From: Minisyncoccota bacterium | GTDB lineage: Bacteria; Patescibacteriota; Minisyncoccia; Phycocordibacterales; UBA9973 | DNA length: 64,000 nt | NCBI GenBank assembly: GCA_035403785.1 | Contig: DAONFW010000003.1 | Location: forward strand, 14,009 to 78,008 | Direction: 5' to 3' | Shown: in pieces, positions 19,055-28,212 of the stretch | Position numbering within the stretch: the first letter of the stretch is position 1 | How the letters are laid out: every line of letters begins with the position of its first letter | Position numbers and translations under genes: made by a program | The notes under the pieces: model-generated | The model's input: only the letters and a program-made list of their open reading frames with translations | What the model was told of the DNA's origin: nothing | The model's database searches: none

Positions 19055-19642
19055 CTATTTTAAGAAATCTTCAGGGTTATGCAATACTTTCCTAATTTTT
19101 CCTCGATTCTGTCTAGCAATCTTAGAAATAGTTGCAATTCCATCTGGGTTTTCTTTTGGTTCTTTTGATTTTTGTTTGTTAAGTGTTTTTAGATTATCTT
19201 TTGGAAAACGATTTGTTACTACTCTTTTCGGTACATTTATTTCTTCCGAACCATGAAATCCTTTTCTTCCATCATTCTTTATTTCTACAGGATGTGCGTT
19301 CTCTTCTTTTTCTCTTGTTGTGGTAGGAGCAGAATTAAAATATTTCAAAGGCTTCATCCTTCTACTCTTTGCTTTGAATTTTTTTTCTAAATCAGAATGA
19401 ATTTCTTCTTCCTTCAACTTTCTTTCCGGTTCTTCTATCGCGACTTCTTCCTGCATCATCTTTGGCAAATCTTCACCCACGTGCGCCGCACCGTCATGTC
19501 TATAATATTCAAGCTCCCCTGAACTTTCATTTTCTTTTCTTTCTTTTTTAACAAGAACATGCAAAAATTTCTTTCTTGGCTCAACTGATTTTTTCTCTAT
19601 TTCTTCTTTAGGACGTGGTCCTCTAAATATATTTCCAAACAT
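19055..19642 (-). CDS. Hypothetical highly charged (K/E-rich) protein co-transcribed downstream of ileS
   Basis: 195-aa ORF in an AT-rich genome, followed by a terminator; low complexity; no domain. Confidence 0.45.
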   Translation of the reverse strand: MFGNIFRGPRPKEEIEKKSVEPRKKFLHVLVKKERKENESSGELEYYRHDGAAHVGEDLPKMMQEEVAIEEPERKLKEEEIHSDLEKKFKAKSRRMKPLKYFNSAPTTTREKEENAHPVEIKNDGRKGFHGSEEINVPKRVVTNRFPKDNLKTLNKQKSKEPKENPDGIATISKIARQNRGKIRKVLHNPEDFLK

Positions 19643-19668
19643 ATAAGTTTATTGTATTACATTAATAA

Positions 19669-22600
19669 TTATTTCTGAATAGCAATTTTAAAGCTCAAAT
19701 TATCTATCTTTATTTCTTCCCCAGAATTTTGCGCAAAATTTATCTCTCTTGCATTTACAGTCTTTAGCAGCTCATCTTTAAATTTATTCACAAGATTTTG
19801 CCCAGCCTGATCCGTCTCTATGTTTAGCACAACAACATCACTTGAAACTAATCCTGCTTTCTTTCGCATGTCCTGAATAGCACGAATTAATTCACGCAAA
19901 TTTCCTTCTTCTTTCAACTCAACTGATATTTCAGTATTCAACAAAACTTCTGTTTCAATATTTTTATCTTCTACAACTTCTCGCACATTTACTTCATCTT
20001 TTATCAATTCAGTATATTCAGAATTCAAATCATAATTTTTTACAGAAAGTTTACTCAACGGCTGTCTAACCGGAATTCCTGCTTTCTGTCTTGCCTGCAA
20101 ACCAAGCGTCACAGTTTCTCGCACTTTTTGCATTTCTGAAATTATCTTTTTGTCTTTTTTATTAAATAAACTTAATAACTTACTAAACATATTTCCAACT
20201 TTTGGCCAACTTGCAAGATGCACAGATTCTTCGTCACTTTCTGTCTTTAACTTCTGCCAAACATCCTCCGCAGCAAACGGCGCAAACGGCGCCATCAGTT
20301 TTGCAAGATTTTTTAAAACATAATACAAAGTCTGCTTTGCCTCGGTGTCTCCATCTTTAATTCTTTCTCGTGATCTTCGCAAATACCAAGTAGACAAATC
20401 ATCAATAAATTCTCTTATCGCACGTACTGGCTCAAGTAATTTATAATTATCTAGATTTTCTGTCATACTGCCAGACAACTGATTTAATCTCGCAACAATC
20501 CATTTATCTAGAACATTTTTTGAAGCAACATATTTCTGTTTCTCCAATTCTTTATCTCTGTATAACTCATAGAAAGTCAGCACGTTGTAAAGTAAATTAA
20601 ATACTTTGTTGTGCAACTCCATAACAGTTTTCTCGTCGAAATTTTTAGACTCACCTGGTTGATTCACTGCATACATCCAAAGTCTCAAAGTATCAACGCC
20701 GTATTTATCCATCATTTCCCATGGATCAACAATGTTACCCAAACTCTTAGACATTTTCTTTCCTTTTGCATCTAGCAAATGCCCCAAACAAATTACATTT
20801 TTGTAAGCCTTGCCTCTTCCCATCAAAGTTCCAACTGCGTGCAAAGTATAAAACCAGCCACGAGTTTGATCTATCGCTTCTGAAATAAAATCTGCTGGAT
20901 ATTTTAAATTTTTATTTTCAAACGGATAATGATCTTGCGAAAATGGCATCGTTCCAGAATCCAACCAAACATCCATAACTTCTTTTGTTCTCACCAATTT
21001 TCCGCCACAAGCTTGCCCGCCTTCGGCGTGGTCACAAACAAGTTCTACTTCATCAATATACGGCCTATGCAAATCTAATTCATAATTTTCATTGTGAGGT
21101 AGTGGCACAAAATCTAATTCTCTAATTTCTGCATTTTTTAAATAAGCAAAATTCTTTTCCAGCTCAACAATTTTTGACTTCTCGTATCCGCCTGAAAGTA
21201 AGAACAGGTCCATAATTGGATCACCATGAGACACAATCAAAATATTCTTATCTGAATATTTTGACTCAATGTCATATATAAAATTTCCCATTCGAACAAA
21301 AAGATCTCTTGGGGATTCTCCATTTGGAAACTTTGCTTCAAGATAATCAGCATGTGATCTAATAAAGTTATGAAAATCTTCTGTTGTTTTTCCTTCATAG
21401 TCCCCTGTGTTAAATTCAAGCAAGCGATCGTCAAAAGATATTTTATTTTTATCAAAGCCAACTACTTCACAAATGATTTCCGCTGTCCGCTTTGTTCTAG
21501 GAAGAGACGAACTAAAAACAAAATCGATTTTTTTGTCTTTAATTTTTTCTGCGCTTTCCCTCACCTGATTTTCGCCGATATCTGTAAGTTTATTTTCCGG
21601 ATCAAATTTATAGTTAGAAATACCTTTTATGTTGCTCAATGCTTGACCGTGCCTTGCTACAAAATACCTATTTCCAGATTTTTTTGCTTTCTTTTTCAAA
21701 TCTTCAATACTACCGATAACTTCTATTTTATTGCATTTATCACAATGCCAAACTGGAAGCGGCGAACCCCAATATCTTTCGCGAGAAATTGCCCAATCTT
21801 TTATTTCGCGTAGCCATTCTCCAAACCTTCCTTCTCGAATATGTTCTGGTTCCCAATTTATGCTTTTGTTCTCTTCTATCATTTTGTTTTTAATTTTTGG
21901 ATCAGACATTCTGATATACCAAGAATCTCGCGCGTAATAAATAAGCGCTGTTTTACATCTCCAACAATGCGGATAGCTGTGCTCGTACTTTTCTTTTTTA
22001 AATAATAAATTTCTGTGCGCTAAATCTTTTATCACATCGACAGCAACTTCCTCATCTCGCACAAATCTACCTTCGAGAAATCCCGTGCCAGGCAAAAACT
22101 TTCCGTCTAATCCAACAAGATGATGTTTTGGCAAACCAATTTCTGTTCCCAACATAAAGTCATCTTGTCCGTACATCACAGCTGTGTGCACAACTCCAGT
22201 TCCGTCTTCTGTCGTTACGAAATTTGCAGAATAAACTTTAAACGCTTTTTCTAAATTCTTATCTTTGCCTTCTATTTGCTCTTTCAAAAATGGATAAAGC
22301 GGCTCGTATTCCAAACCAATCAAATCTTTGCCTTTCATTTCTTCTAAAATTTCATACTCACCTTCTATCACAGCCAATCTTGTTTTCGCTAAAATCAAAA
22401 TACTATCTTCTTTTTTTATTTTTACGTAATCAATATTTTCTCCCACTGCAAGCGCTACGTTGCCCGGCAAAGTCCATGGCGTTGTTGTCCACGCAAGAAT
22501 AAAAGTGTTTTCTTGATCTTTAACTTTGAATTTCACATATACAGAAAGATCTTTCACATCTTCATATCCCTGTGCAAGTTCGTGAGAAGAAAGCGCTGTT

Positions 22601-23154
22601 CCACAACGTGGACACCACGGCACAACTTTGTAATCTTTGAACAACAAATTCTGATTGCTGGTTTCTTTTATAACATTCCAAACTGATTCTATGTAATTAT
22701 TGTGGTAAGTAACATAAGGATTTTCTTGATCAACCCAAAAGCCGATTCTTTCTGTAAATTTATTCCAATATTCTAAATATTTCCAAACAGATTTTTTACA
22801 TTCTGTGTTAAATTTCGCAATGCCGTATTCTTCTATATCTTTCTTAGAAGTTAAACCCAACTGTTTCTCTACTTGTAGCTCAACTGGCAAACCATGCGTA
22901 TCCCAACCTCCTTTTCTGCGAACGTGATATCCTCGCATTGTTTTGTATCTTGGAATAGCATCCTTGAAAGCACGCGCTTCCAAATGGTGAATTCCAGGCT
23001 TTCCGTTTGCCGTCGGAGGACCTTCGAAAAATACAAATTCTCCCTTTGGGGATTTTTTGTTTAAACTTTTTTCAAAAATTTTATTTTCTTTCCAAAATTG
23101 TAAAACAGCTTCTTCTCGCAATGCTGATTGTGATTTTTTATTTTGTTCTGACAT
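19669..23154 (-). CDS. ileS: Isoleucyl-tRNA synthetase with an inserted histidine-phosphatase (PGAM-like) domain
   Basis: PPTANGKPGIHHLEA (HIGH), TTPWTLP (CP1 editing), KMSKSLGN. Between PVWHCDKCNKIEVIGS and DLHRPYIDEV lies a roughly 200-aa insert with RHGQ...SHGDPI motifs. Confidence 0.93.
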   Translation of the reverse strand: MSEQNKKSQSALREEAVLQFWKENKIFEKSLNKKSPKGEFVFFEGPPTANGKPGIHHLEARAFKDAIPRYKTMRGYHVRRKGGWDTHGLPVELQVEKQLGLTSKKDIEEYGIAKFNTECKKSVWKYLEYWNKFTERIGFWVDQENPYVTYHNNYIESVWNVIKETSNQNLLFKDYKVVPWCPRCGTALSSHELAQGYEDVKDLSVYVKFKVKDQENTFILAWTTTPWTLPGNVALAVGENIDYVKIKKEDSILILAKTRLAVIEGEYEILEEMKGKDLIGLEYEPLYPFLKEQIEGKDKNLEKAFKVYSANFVTTEDGTGVVHTAVMYGQDDFMLGTEIGLPKHHLVGLDGKFLPGTGFLEGRFVRDEEVAVDVIKDLAHRNLLFKKEKYEHSYPHCWRCKTALIYYARDSWYIRMSDPKIKNKMIEENKSINWEPEHIREGRFGEWLREIKDWAISRERYWGSPLPVWHCDKCNKIEVIGSIEDLKKKAKKSGNRYFVARHGQALSNIKGISNYKFDPENKLTDIGENQVRESAEKIKDKKIDFVFSSSLPRTKRTAEIICEVVGFDKNKISFDDRLLEFNTGDYEGKTTEDFHNFIRSHADYLEAKFPNGESPRDLFVRMGNFIYDIESKYSDKNILIVSHGDPIMDLFLLSGGYEKSKIVELEKNFAYLKNAEIRELDFVPLPHNENYELDLHRPYIDEVELVCDHAEGGQACGGKLVRTKEVMDVWLDSGTMPFSQDHYPFENKNLKYPADFISEAIDQTRGWFYTLHAVGTLMGRGKAYKNVICLGHLLDAKGKKMSKSLGNIVDPWEMMDKYGVDTLRLWMYAVNQPGESKNFDEKTVMELHNKVFNLLYNVLTFYELYRDKELEKQKYVASKNVLDKWIVARLNQLSGSMTENLDNYKLLEPVRAIREFIDDLSTWYLRRSRERIKDGDTEAKQTLYYVLKNLAKLMAPFAPFAAEDVWQKLKTESDEESVHLASWPKVGNMFSKLLSLFNKKDKKIISEMQKVRETVTLGLQARQKAGIPVRQPLSKLSVKNYDLNSEYTELIKDEVNVREVVEDKNIETEVLLNTEISVELKEEGNLRELIRAIQDMRKKAGLVSSDVVVLNIETDQAGQNLVNKFKDELLKTVNAREINFAQNSGEEIKIDNLSFKIAIQK

Positions 23155-23299
23155 GATTTTGTTAATTTATTCAAAACAAAATTTTGAATGGTCTGGTTGA
23201 GCCAAAGGCGACCCGAGGACCTGAAAAATTTTATTTTGAAATTTGTTATTTAAATTAATTTATAAAAACCCCGATACTAAAATTTTAATTTTTAATACT

Positions 23300-23560
23300 A
23301 TTTTTTATAATCAAAAATTTAGTACGGGGTAAATAAAAACTCGTCCACGTATAATAATTTTTCAATTACTATACAAGGACGAGTTTCTCGTGGTACCACC
23401 TTGCTTGCCCGAAAATTACAAATGTTTTAGGGCTTCTTCATTACAGCTTTTTCGGGCTTACCCGTTGGGTTCTACTTGCAAATGCTTTCTTCCCAATACT
23501 CCGAGGTGATTACCTCTTCAACGTATATATCAAGAATACTCACAAAACATTAAAATTGCA
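23300..23560 (-). promoter_or_regulatory. T-box riboswitch leader of ileS
   Basis: Minus-strand AAGGTGGTACCACGAG (T-box motif, 23387-23402), then AAACTCGTCC...GTGGACGAGTTTTTATTT terminator (23325-23385). A candidate AUC specifier lies in GAGGTAATCACCTC upstream. Confidence 0.8.
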
Positions 23561-23619
23561 AGAAAAAAAAATACTAATTTTACTCCCTAAATTTCTTATC
23601 AAAAGAAACTATTTAACAC

Positions 23620-23665
23620 AACTAAAAATAAACAAAATTAGCCCCAACTTTTGCTGAGGCTAATT
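23620..23665 (-). terminator. Rho-independent terminator downstream of the 23698..24462 gene
   Basis: AATTAGCC-14 nt loop-GGCTAATT, then on the minus strand TTTGTTTATTTTTAG. Confidence 0.55.
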
Positions 23666-23697
23666 TTGAATTAAAAAATTAAAACTCAAACAAAAAA

Positions 23698-24462
23698 CTA
23701 TCGAACACAATGAATATATCCATTAGTACCAGATTTACCACCAAGAAAGACACCACCATTATACATAGCAACATTGTAAGCATTACCAGCACCACCTGGG
23801 AGAGCACTATCTGACCAATACTCAGAAGGCTGAAACTCCTCTGGCGTACCACCAATAATATTATTTTCTTGATAATGATTAAATAATTCCTTTACTGTGG
23901 GTAATCTCCATGTTCCTGGAATTTGACCCTCGGCAGTAGAACCAGCACAAGCAGCTTTAGCTGCATACCATGTCGTGTAAATATCTATTGGCGTTCTAAT
24001 CCCTCCAACACAAGCACTTCCTGTCCAAGTACAACTGTTTGCCCCACAAATAGTTTCTAAATCAACTGGTTGAGTTAAATCAGCTGCTAAATATTCACAT
24101 TGATAAGTAGTTTCATCAGCAGAAGCGAAAGTAGGTGCTACTGGAGCTCCTGTTGCCGTCCCCGGCACCCCAAAAATAGTAGTTCCTGTAAGTATTTTAC
24201 TTCCATCAATAGCAGATATTTTATTAGTTAATAAATCATAAATACTTTCAATAGAATTCATAGATGAAGCGATTGTTCCTGGAGTAGTAAAGTTAGTAGA
24301 TGGAATATTATCTCCAGTGTTTACTAATTCATACAAATCAGAAAGTGATTTCATTGTTTTAGCTGGTGCTCCTGGTGGAGTAAGACTTCCTGCATAAGTT
24401 ACAGTCACTCCCACTAACACAGCTATCACTAGATACGGAACGATTTTTAATATTTTTTTCAT
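23698..24462 (-). CDS. Secreted protein with C-terminal DUF1566 (Lcl-like) domain
   Basis: Signal peptide MKKILKIVPYLVIAVLVGVTVTYA; the C-terminus ...TWRLPTVKELFNHY...EYWSDS...GYIHCVR matches the DUF1566 W-x-LPT...CVR signature. Confidence 0.6.
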   Translation of the reverse strand: MKKILKIVPYLVIAVLVGVTVTYAGSLTPPGAPAKTMKSLSDLYELVNTGDNIPSTNFTTPGTIASSMNSIESIYDLLTNKISAIDGSKILTGTTIFGVPGTATGAPVAPTFASADETTYQCEYLAADLTQPVDLETICGANSCTWTGSACVGGIRTPIDIYTTWYAAKAACAGSTAEGQIPGTWRLPTVKELFNHYQENNIIGGTPEEFQPSEYWSDSALPGGAGNAYNVAMYNGGVFLGGKSGTNGYIHCVR

Positions 24463-24499
24463 ATAATTTTTAATGTTAATTTAATAATATTTTAATAAT

Positions 24500-25321
24500 T
24501 TACTTTCCACACGAATTATTAATAGCAGCTTTGGTGTACTGACCTACAATACCGTCTATTACTAGAAGTGGTGTTGGTTTTAGATAGGTATTCAAGGCTG
24601 TTTGTAATCTTTGCACTCCTTGTTTCGTTAAAGGACCAAAGATACCATCTACTGGACCAGCTGCTTGGTTGTAGGAAGAAGCTAGGATTCTGTTGATGTG
24701 TGCCTGAAGTATTTTTACTTGAGTGACTGTTCCTTTGTTGTAAGTACTATATATACCGTTACGGGTTCCTACTTTAAGATTATCTGTTAATGTTTGTTCG
24801 CTGGAACAAGGACCGCTGTTTAGAATGTTTGAGGTTGTGGGAGAGGTTGGTACTTCTGTAGTTACAGAAGGTTTGTATCCTAATGCATATGATCCAGAAG
24901 AAGTGTGATGAGTTCTAGTACTTGCTGGTCTCCAGTCTGTTATGACTTTGTTATCTGTGGTTCCAAAAGTTATCCAACCGATGTTTTCACCATAAGCTCC
25001 TCCGGTGAAGATACCATCTGTTCCAATAGTAACTGGTGAGAAGTCTATCCAACCAATGTTTTCGCCCCAAGCATAACCGGAAAGATTTCCTTCTTTATCA
25101 TTAGTGATAGTAGAAAGATCTATCCAACCAATGTTTTCGCCATATACTGAATTACTTAAAGTGGTATCAGTGACAGTGATTTTAGAAAAGTCTACCCAAC
25201 CTATGTTTTCACCCCAAGCGTAACCAGTTACAGTTCCATTGGTAGTAGAAGCGAGAGTAGGAGTAGAGATTATTAGAAACGAAAACAGAAATATTGTTAG
25301 TAATATTAATTTATTTTTCAT
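24500..25321 (-). CDS. Secreted protein with four tandem Trp-rich repeats (GYAWGENIGWIDFS) and a C-terminal peptidoglycan-binding domain
   Basis: Signal peptide, repeats GYAWGENIGWVDFS / YGENIGWIDLS / GYAWGENIGWIDFS / AYGENIGWITFG, and the C-terminus LQAHINRILASSYNQAAGPVDGIFGPLTKQGVQRLQ (PG_binding_1-like). Confidence 0.65.
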   Translation of the reverse strand: MKNKLILLTIFLFSFLIISTPTLASTTNGTVTGYAWGENIGWVDFSKITVTDTTLSNSVYGENIGWIDLSTITNDKEGNLSGYAWGENIGWIDFSPVTIGTDGIFTGGAYGENIGWITFGTTDNKVITDWRPASTRTHHTSSGSYALGYKPSVTTEVPTSPTTSNILNSGPCSSEQTLTDNLKVGTRNGIYSTYNKGTVTQVKILQAHINRILASSYNQAAGPVDGIFGPLTKQGVQRLQTALNTYLKPTPLLVIDGIVGQYTKAAINNSCGK

Positions 25322-25371
25322 ATTTACATATTAATTTTTATTTTATTTGTAATATGTTTATTATAACACTT

Positions 25372-25421
25372 AAGTTATCCCCCCCCCCCAAGAATTTTGA
25401 GGGGTAGGGTGGGGATAACTT
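25372..25421. repeat. GC hairpin containing a C11/G11 homopolymer tract in the promoter region of the 24500..25321 gene
   Basis: AAGTTATCCCC(C7) ... GGGGTAGGGTGGGGATAACTT. Eleven consecutive C at 25379-25389 in an AT-rich genome. Confidence 0.5.
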
Positions 25422-25443
25422 TTTATAAAATTTTATGCTTTTT

Positions 25444-27180
25444 TTACATTCTTTCCGGAATTTTTATTCCAAGAAGCCACAGACCGTTTTGCATAGTCTG
25501 ATAAAATGCTTTTACTAGATCAAGTTGAAAATCTGCAAATTTATTTTCTGTATCTAAAATATGATTATTGCCATAGAAAGAATTAAAAGCACTTGCAAGT
25601 TCTGTTAAGTAAGTAGTAATCAGATGCGGTGCGAATTCTTGATGTGCTCTTTCTACTACTTCTGGGAACTGATAAATAATCTTTTCTAAATGTGTAATTT
25701 CTTCTGGAATTTCTTTTTCTTTTTCTAAGGTTTCATTTTTAAAATCTTTCGCTTTTTCTAAAATAGAACTTGCACGAACTGCTGTGTATTGCAAATATGG
25801 ACCAGAGTCACCTTCGAAAGAAATAGACTTTTCAAAATCATAAATAATATCTGAACCTAAGGACGGACGCAAAATAGAATATTTCAAAGCAGCGACACCG
25901 ACAGATTTTGCAATTTCTCTTTTTTCTTGATCAGAAAAGTCTCTTTCTCGAACTTTTTCCAAAACAACATCCATAGAATCTTGCAATAAAGACTCGCCAG
26001 TTATTACATTTCCTTTTCGTGAAGACATTTTTCCTGAAGCCAATCGCATCATACCGTGAGTTACATGTTTCATTCTTGATTCTAACTCTGGATTAATTAA
26101 AGAAATCGCTTTCTGCACAACTTTCATATATTCAGCCTGTTCAACTGCAGTTGTCACGATAGATACATCTAATTTTTTGCTAAATATATTTTTTTTAAAT
26201 TTAGTTAAAGTTAAGCCTAACTCTTTAGTTTCATAAGTCGGCAAATCTTTTGAATTAATAAAAACTCTTGTATGTAATTTTGGATCATACTTTTCAGCGT
26301 GAAAAACAACAGCGCCTTCTGATTCTTCAAAAACTTTGCCAATATTATTTTTCACTATTTCTTTCCCAATCGGTGCCACCTCACTTTCAAAATAATATTT
26401 ATCAAATTTTGTTCCCAAAGTTTTATAAATTTCTTCAAAAGCTTCGAGTGTAATTTTTCTTCCCCAATCATAAGTTACGTTTATTTTTTCATCACTTCTG
26501 TCATAAACTTTTCTGTTTATTTCATCTATTTCTTTTTTTGCTTCTTCGTCAGTTTCATAAAGCTCATTTCCTTTCGCATACAGCTCGCCAATATACTGCG
26601 CTTTGGCTGTAATAGATTCATATTCTTCTGGCATGCCGAATTTTAATAAAGCATAAATAGCCTTCGCAACATGTGGCCCAACGTCGCCTTGATAATTCGC
26701 TCGCACAGTTTTTGCTCCAGAAAATTCTACTATTCGCGAAATAGATTCACCAATAGCATTGCTCATAAGATGTCCAATATGAAATGGCTTGAACGGATTC
26801 GGCTGAGTGTATTCAACCATTACTTTCTTGCCTGCTAAATTTCTATTCTTTCCCCAATTTTCTTTTTGTTTCAAAATTTCATCTACTTGCTCAACAAAAA
26901 ATCCTCGAGACAAATAAAAATTTATAAATCCTGGTCCAGCAACTGCAATATCTTCAATAAAAGTTTTTTCTTCTGCCAACAAATCTTCTTTCATTTTTTC
27001 TACAATTCTTTCTGCTAACTCTTTTGGATTCACGCCCATCTTTTTTGCGCAAACCATCGCAACGTTTGTAGAATAATCGCCGTTATCAAAAATTTCAGGA
27101 TGCTCAACATTAAAACTCTCAACTTTGATTTCTAATTTTTCTAAAGTTTCTTTTATTAAATTTTTTATTCTATTTTTCAT
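25444..27180 (-). CDS. argS: Arginyl-tRNA synthetase
   Basis: HIGH-like PFKPFHIGHLMSNAIGES; class I ArgRS architecture; the C-terminus ends ...ERM. Confidence 0.9.
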   Translation of the reverse strand: MKNRIKNLIKETLEKLEIKVESFNVEHPEIFDNGDYSTNVAMVCAKKMGVNPKELAERIVEKMKEDLLAEEKTFIEDIAVAGPGFINFYLSRGFFVEQVDEILKQKENWGKNRNLAGKKVMVEYTQPNPFKPFHIGHLMSNAIGESISRIVEFSGAKTVRANYQGDVGPHVAKAIYALLKFGMPEEYESITAKAQYIGELYAKGNELYETDEEAKKEIDEINRKVYDRSDEKINVTYDWGRKITLEAFEEIYKTLGTKFDKYYFESEVAPIGKEIVKNNIGKVFEESEGAVVFHAEKYDPKLHTRVFINSKDLPTYETKELGLTLTKFKKNIFSKKLDVSIVTTAVEQAEYMKVVQKAISLINPELESRMKHVTHGMMRLASGKMSSRKGNVITGESLLQDSMDVVLEKVRERDFSDQEKREIAKSVGVAALKYSILRPSLGSDIIYDFEKSISFEGDSGPYLQYTAVRASSILEKAKDFKNETLEKEKEIPEEITHLEKIIYQFPEVVERAHQEFAPHLITTYLTELASAFNSFYGNNHILDTENKFADFQLDLVKAFYQTMQNGLWLLGIKIPERM

Positions 27181-27190
27181 ATTTTAAAAG

Positions 27191-27616
27191 TTATTTATGC
27201 CCAGTGCTTCCTTCCCTACCTTCGCCTCGCGCAGTGTCAGAAAGCTCGGTTACTTCTAGAATATCACAATGCTCAAATTTTTGTATCAACATCTGAGCAA
27301 TCTTGTGACCTTTTTCTATCACAACTTCTTCATTGCTCGTATTCAAAAGACTCATAAATATTTCTCCACGGTATCCAGAATCAATTACTCCACCCATCAC
27401 TTTCAAACCTTTATTAAAAGAAAGGCTAGATTTATCCCAAATCAAACCAACATGCGCTTCTGGAATTTCTACTGAAACACCAGTCGGAACACGATTTTGT
27501 TTTCCAGGCTGAAAAACAATTGTTTCAACAGCATAAAAATCTATACCAGCGTCTCCGGGATGACCGTGAGTTGGTAATTTTGCGTCTTCTCTTAATTTTT
27601 TTATCTTTATGTGCAT
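27191..27616 (-). CDS. dut: dUTP diphosphatase
   Basis: ...PTHGHPGDAGIDFYAVE... dUTPase motifs; 141 aa. Confidence 0.9.
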   Translation of the reverse strand: MHIKIKKLREDAKLPTHGHPGDAGIDFYAVETIVFQPGKQNRVPTGVSVEIPEAHVGLIWDKSSLSFNKGLKVMGGVIDSGYRGEIFMSLLNTSNEEVVIEKGHKIAQMLIQKFEHCDILEVTELSDTARGEGREGSTGHK

Positions 27617-27618
27617 AA

Positions 27619-28212
27619 TTAATTATTTAAAATATTTTCTAATATGTCTTTATTTACTTCTTCAATAGTTTGATTAGCATTAACTATCTTCCAACCAAAT
27701 TGTTTAGCTAATTCGAGATGTGCCTGACGTACTTTATTTGTTAACTCATAATTATTTTCATGTATATGATTTTTTTCTTGGGCCTCTAAAAATCTTTCTC
27801 CGTCCATTAATATAGCCAAATCTTCTTTCAATAAATCTTTATTTATTTCAATTAAATAATCTTTGTTAACACCTCTTCCCATTCCCCAAGAAATTCCTGT
27901 GCCAGTATAATCTTCCAAAATAACAAAATCATTTTCCAAAAGTAACTTCTGTAATTTTTCTGTAGAGTCTTTTCTATTATTAGCATAAACGAACTGAATT
28001 TCTTTTGGAGAAAATCCTAACGGATTACCTTGTCTTAAATATGCGTTAATTTGAGGTCCAGTCGGTTCGAGATCATAAATTGGATATTTAACCGTAGCAA
28101 CCTTATTTCCCAACTCTTCAAGTTTTTCTTTCAATAATTTAACTTGCGTTGTTTTACCGATATTATTAATGCCGTAAATAGCAATTAATTTTCCTTTTTT
28201 ATTCTTTGTCAT
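27619..28212 (-). CDS. tmk: Thymidylate (dTMP) kinase-like P-loop kinase
   Basis: P-loop GKLIAIYGINNIGKTT near the N-terminus. Start taken at the ATG at 28212 (the ORF track extends to 28248); overlaps the NUDIX stop. Confidence 0.6.
   Translation of the reverse strand: MTKNKKGKLIAIYGINNIGKTTQVKLLKEKLEELGNKVATVKYPIYDLEPTGPQINAYLRQGNPLGFSPKEIQFVYANNRKDSTEKLQKLLLENDFVILEDYTGTGISWGMGRGVNKDYLIEINKDLLKEDLAILMDGERFLEAQEKNHIHENNYELTNKVRQAHLELAKQFGWKIVNANQTIEEVNKDILENILNN

Noticed and set aside
25401-25414. G-quadruplex in GGGGTAGGGTGGGG
   Set aside because: Only three G-runs are present. The sequence is better explained as the 3' arm of the hairpin pairing with the C-tract.
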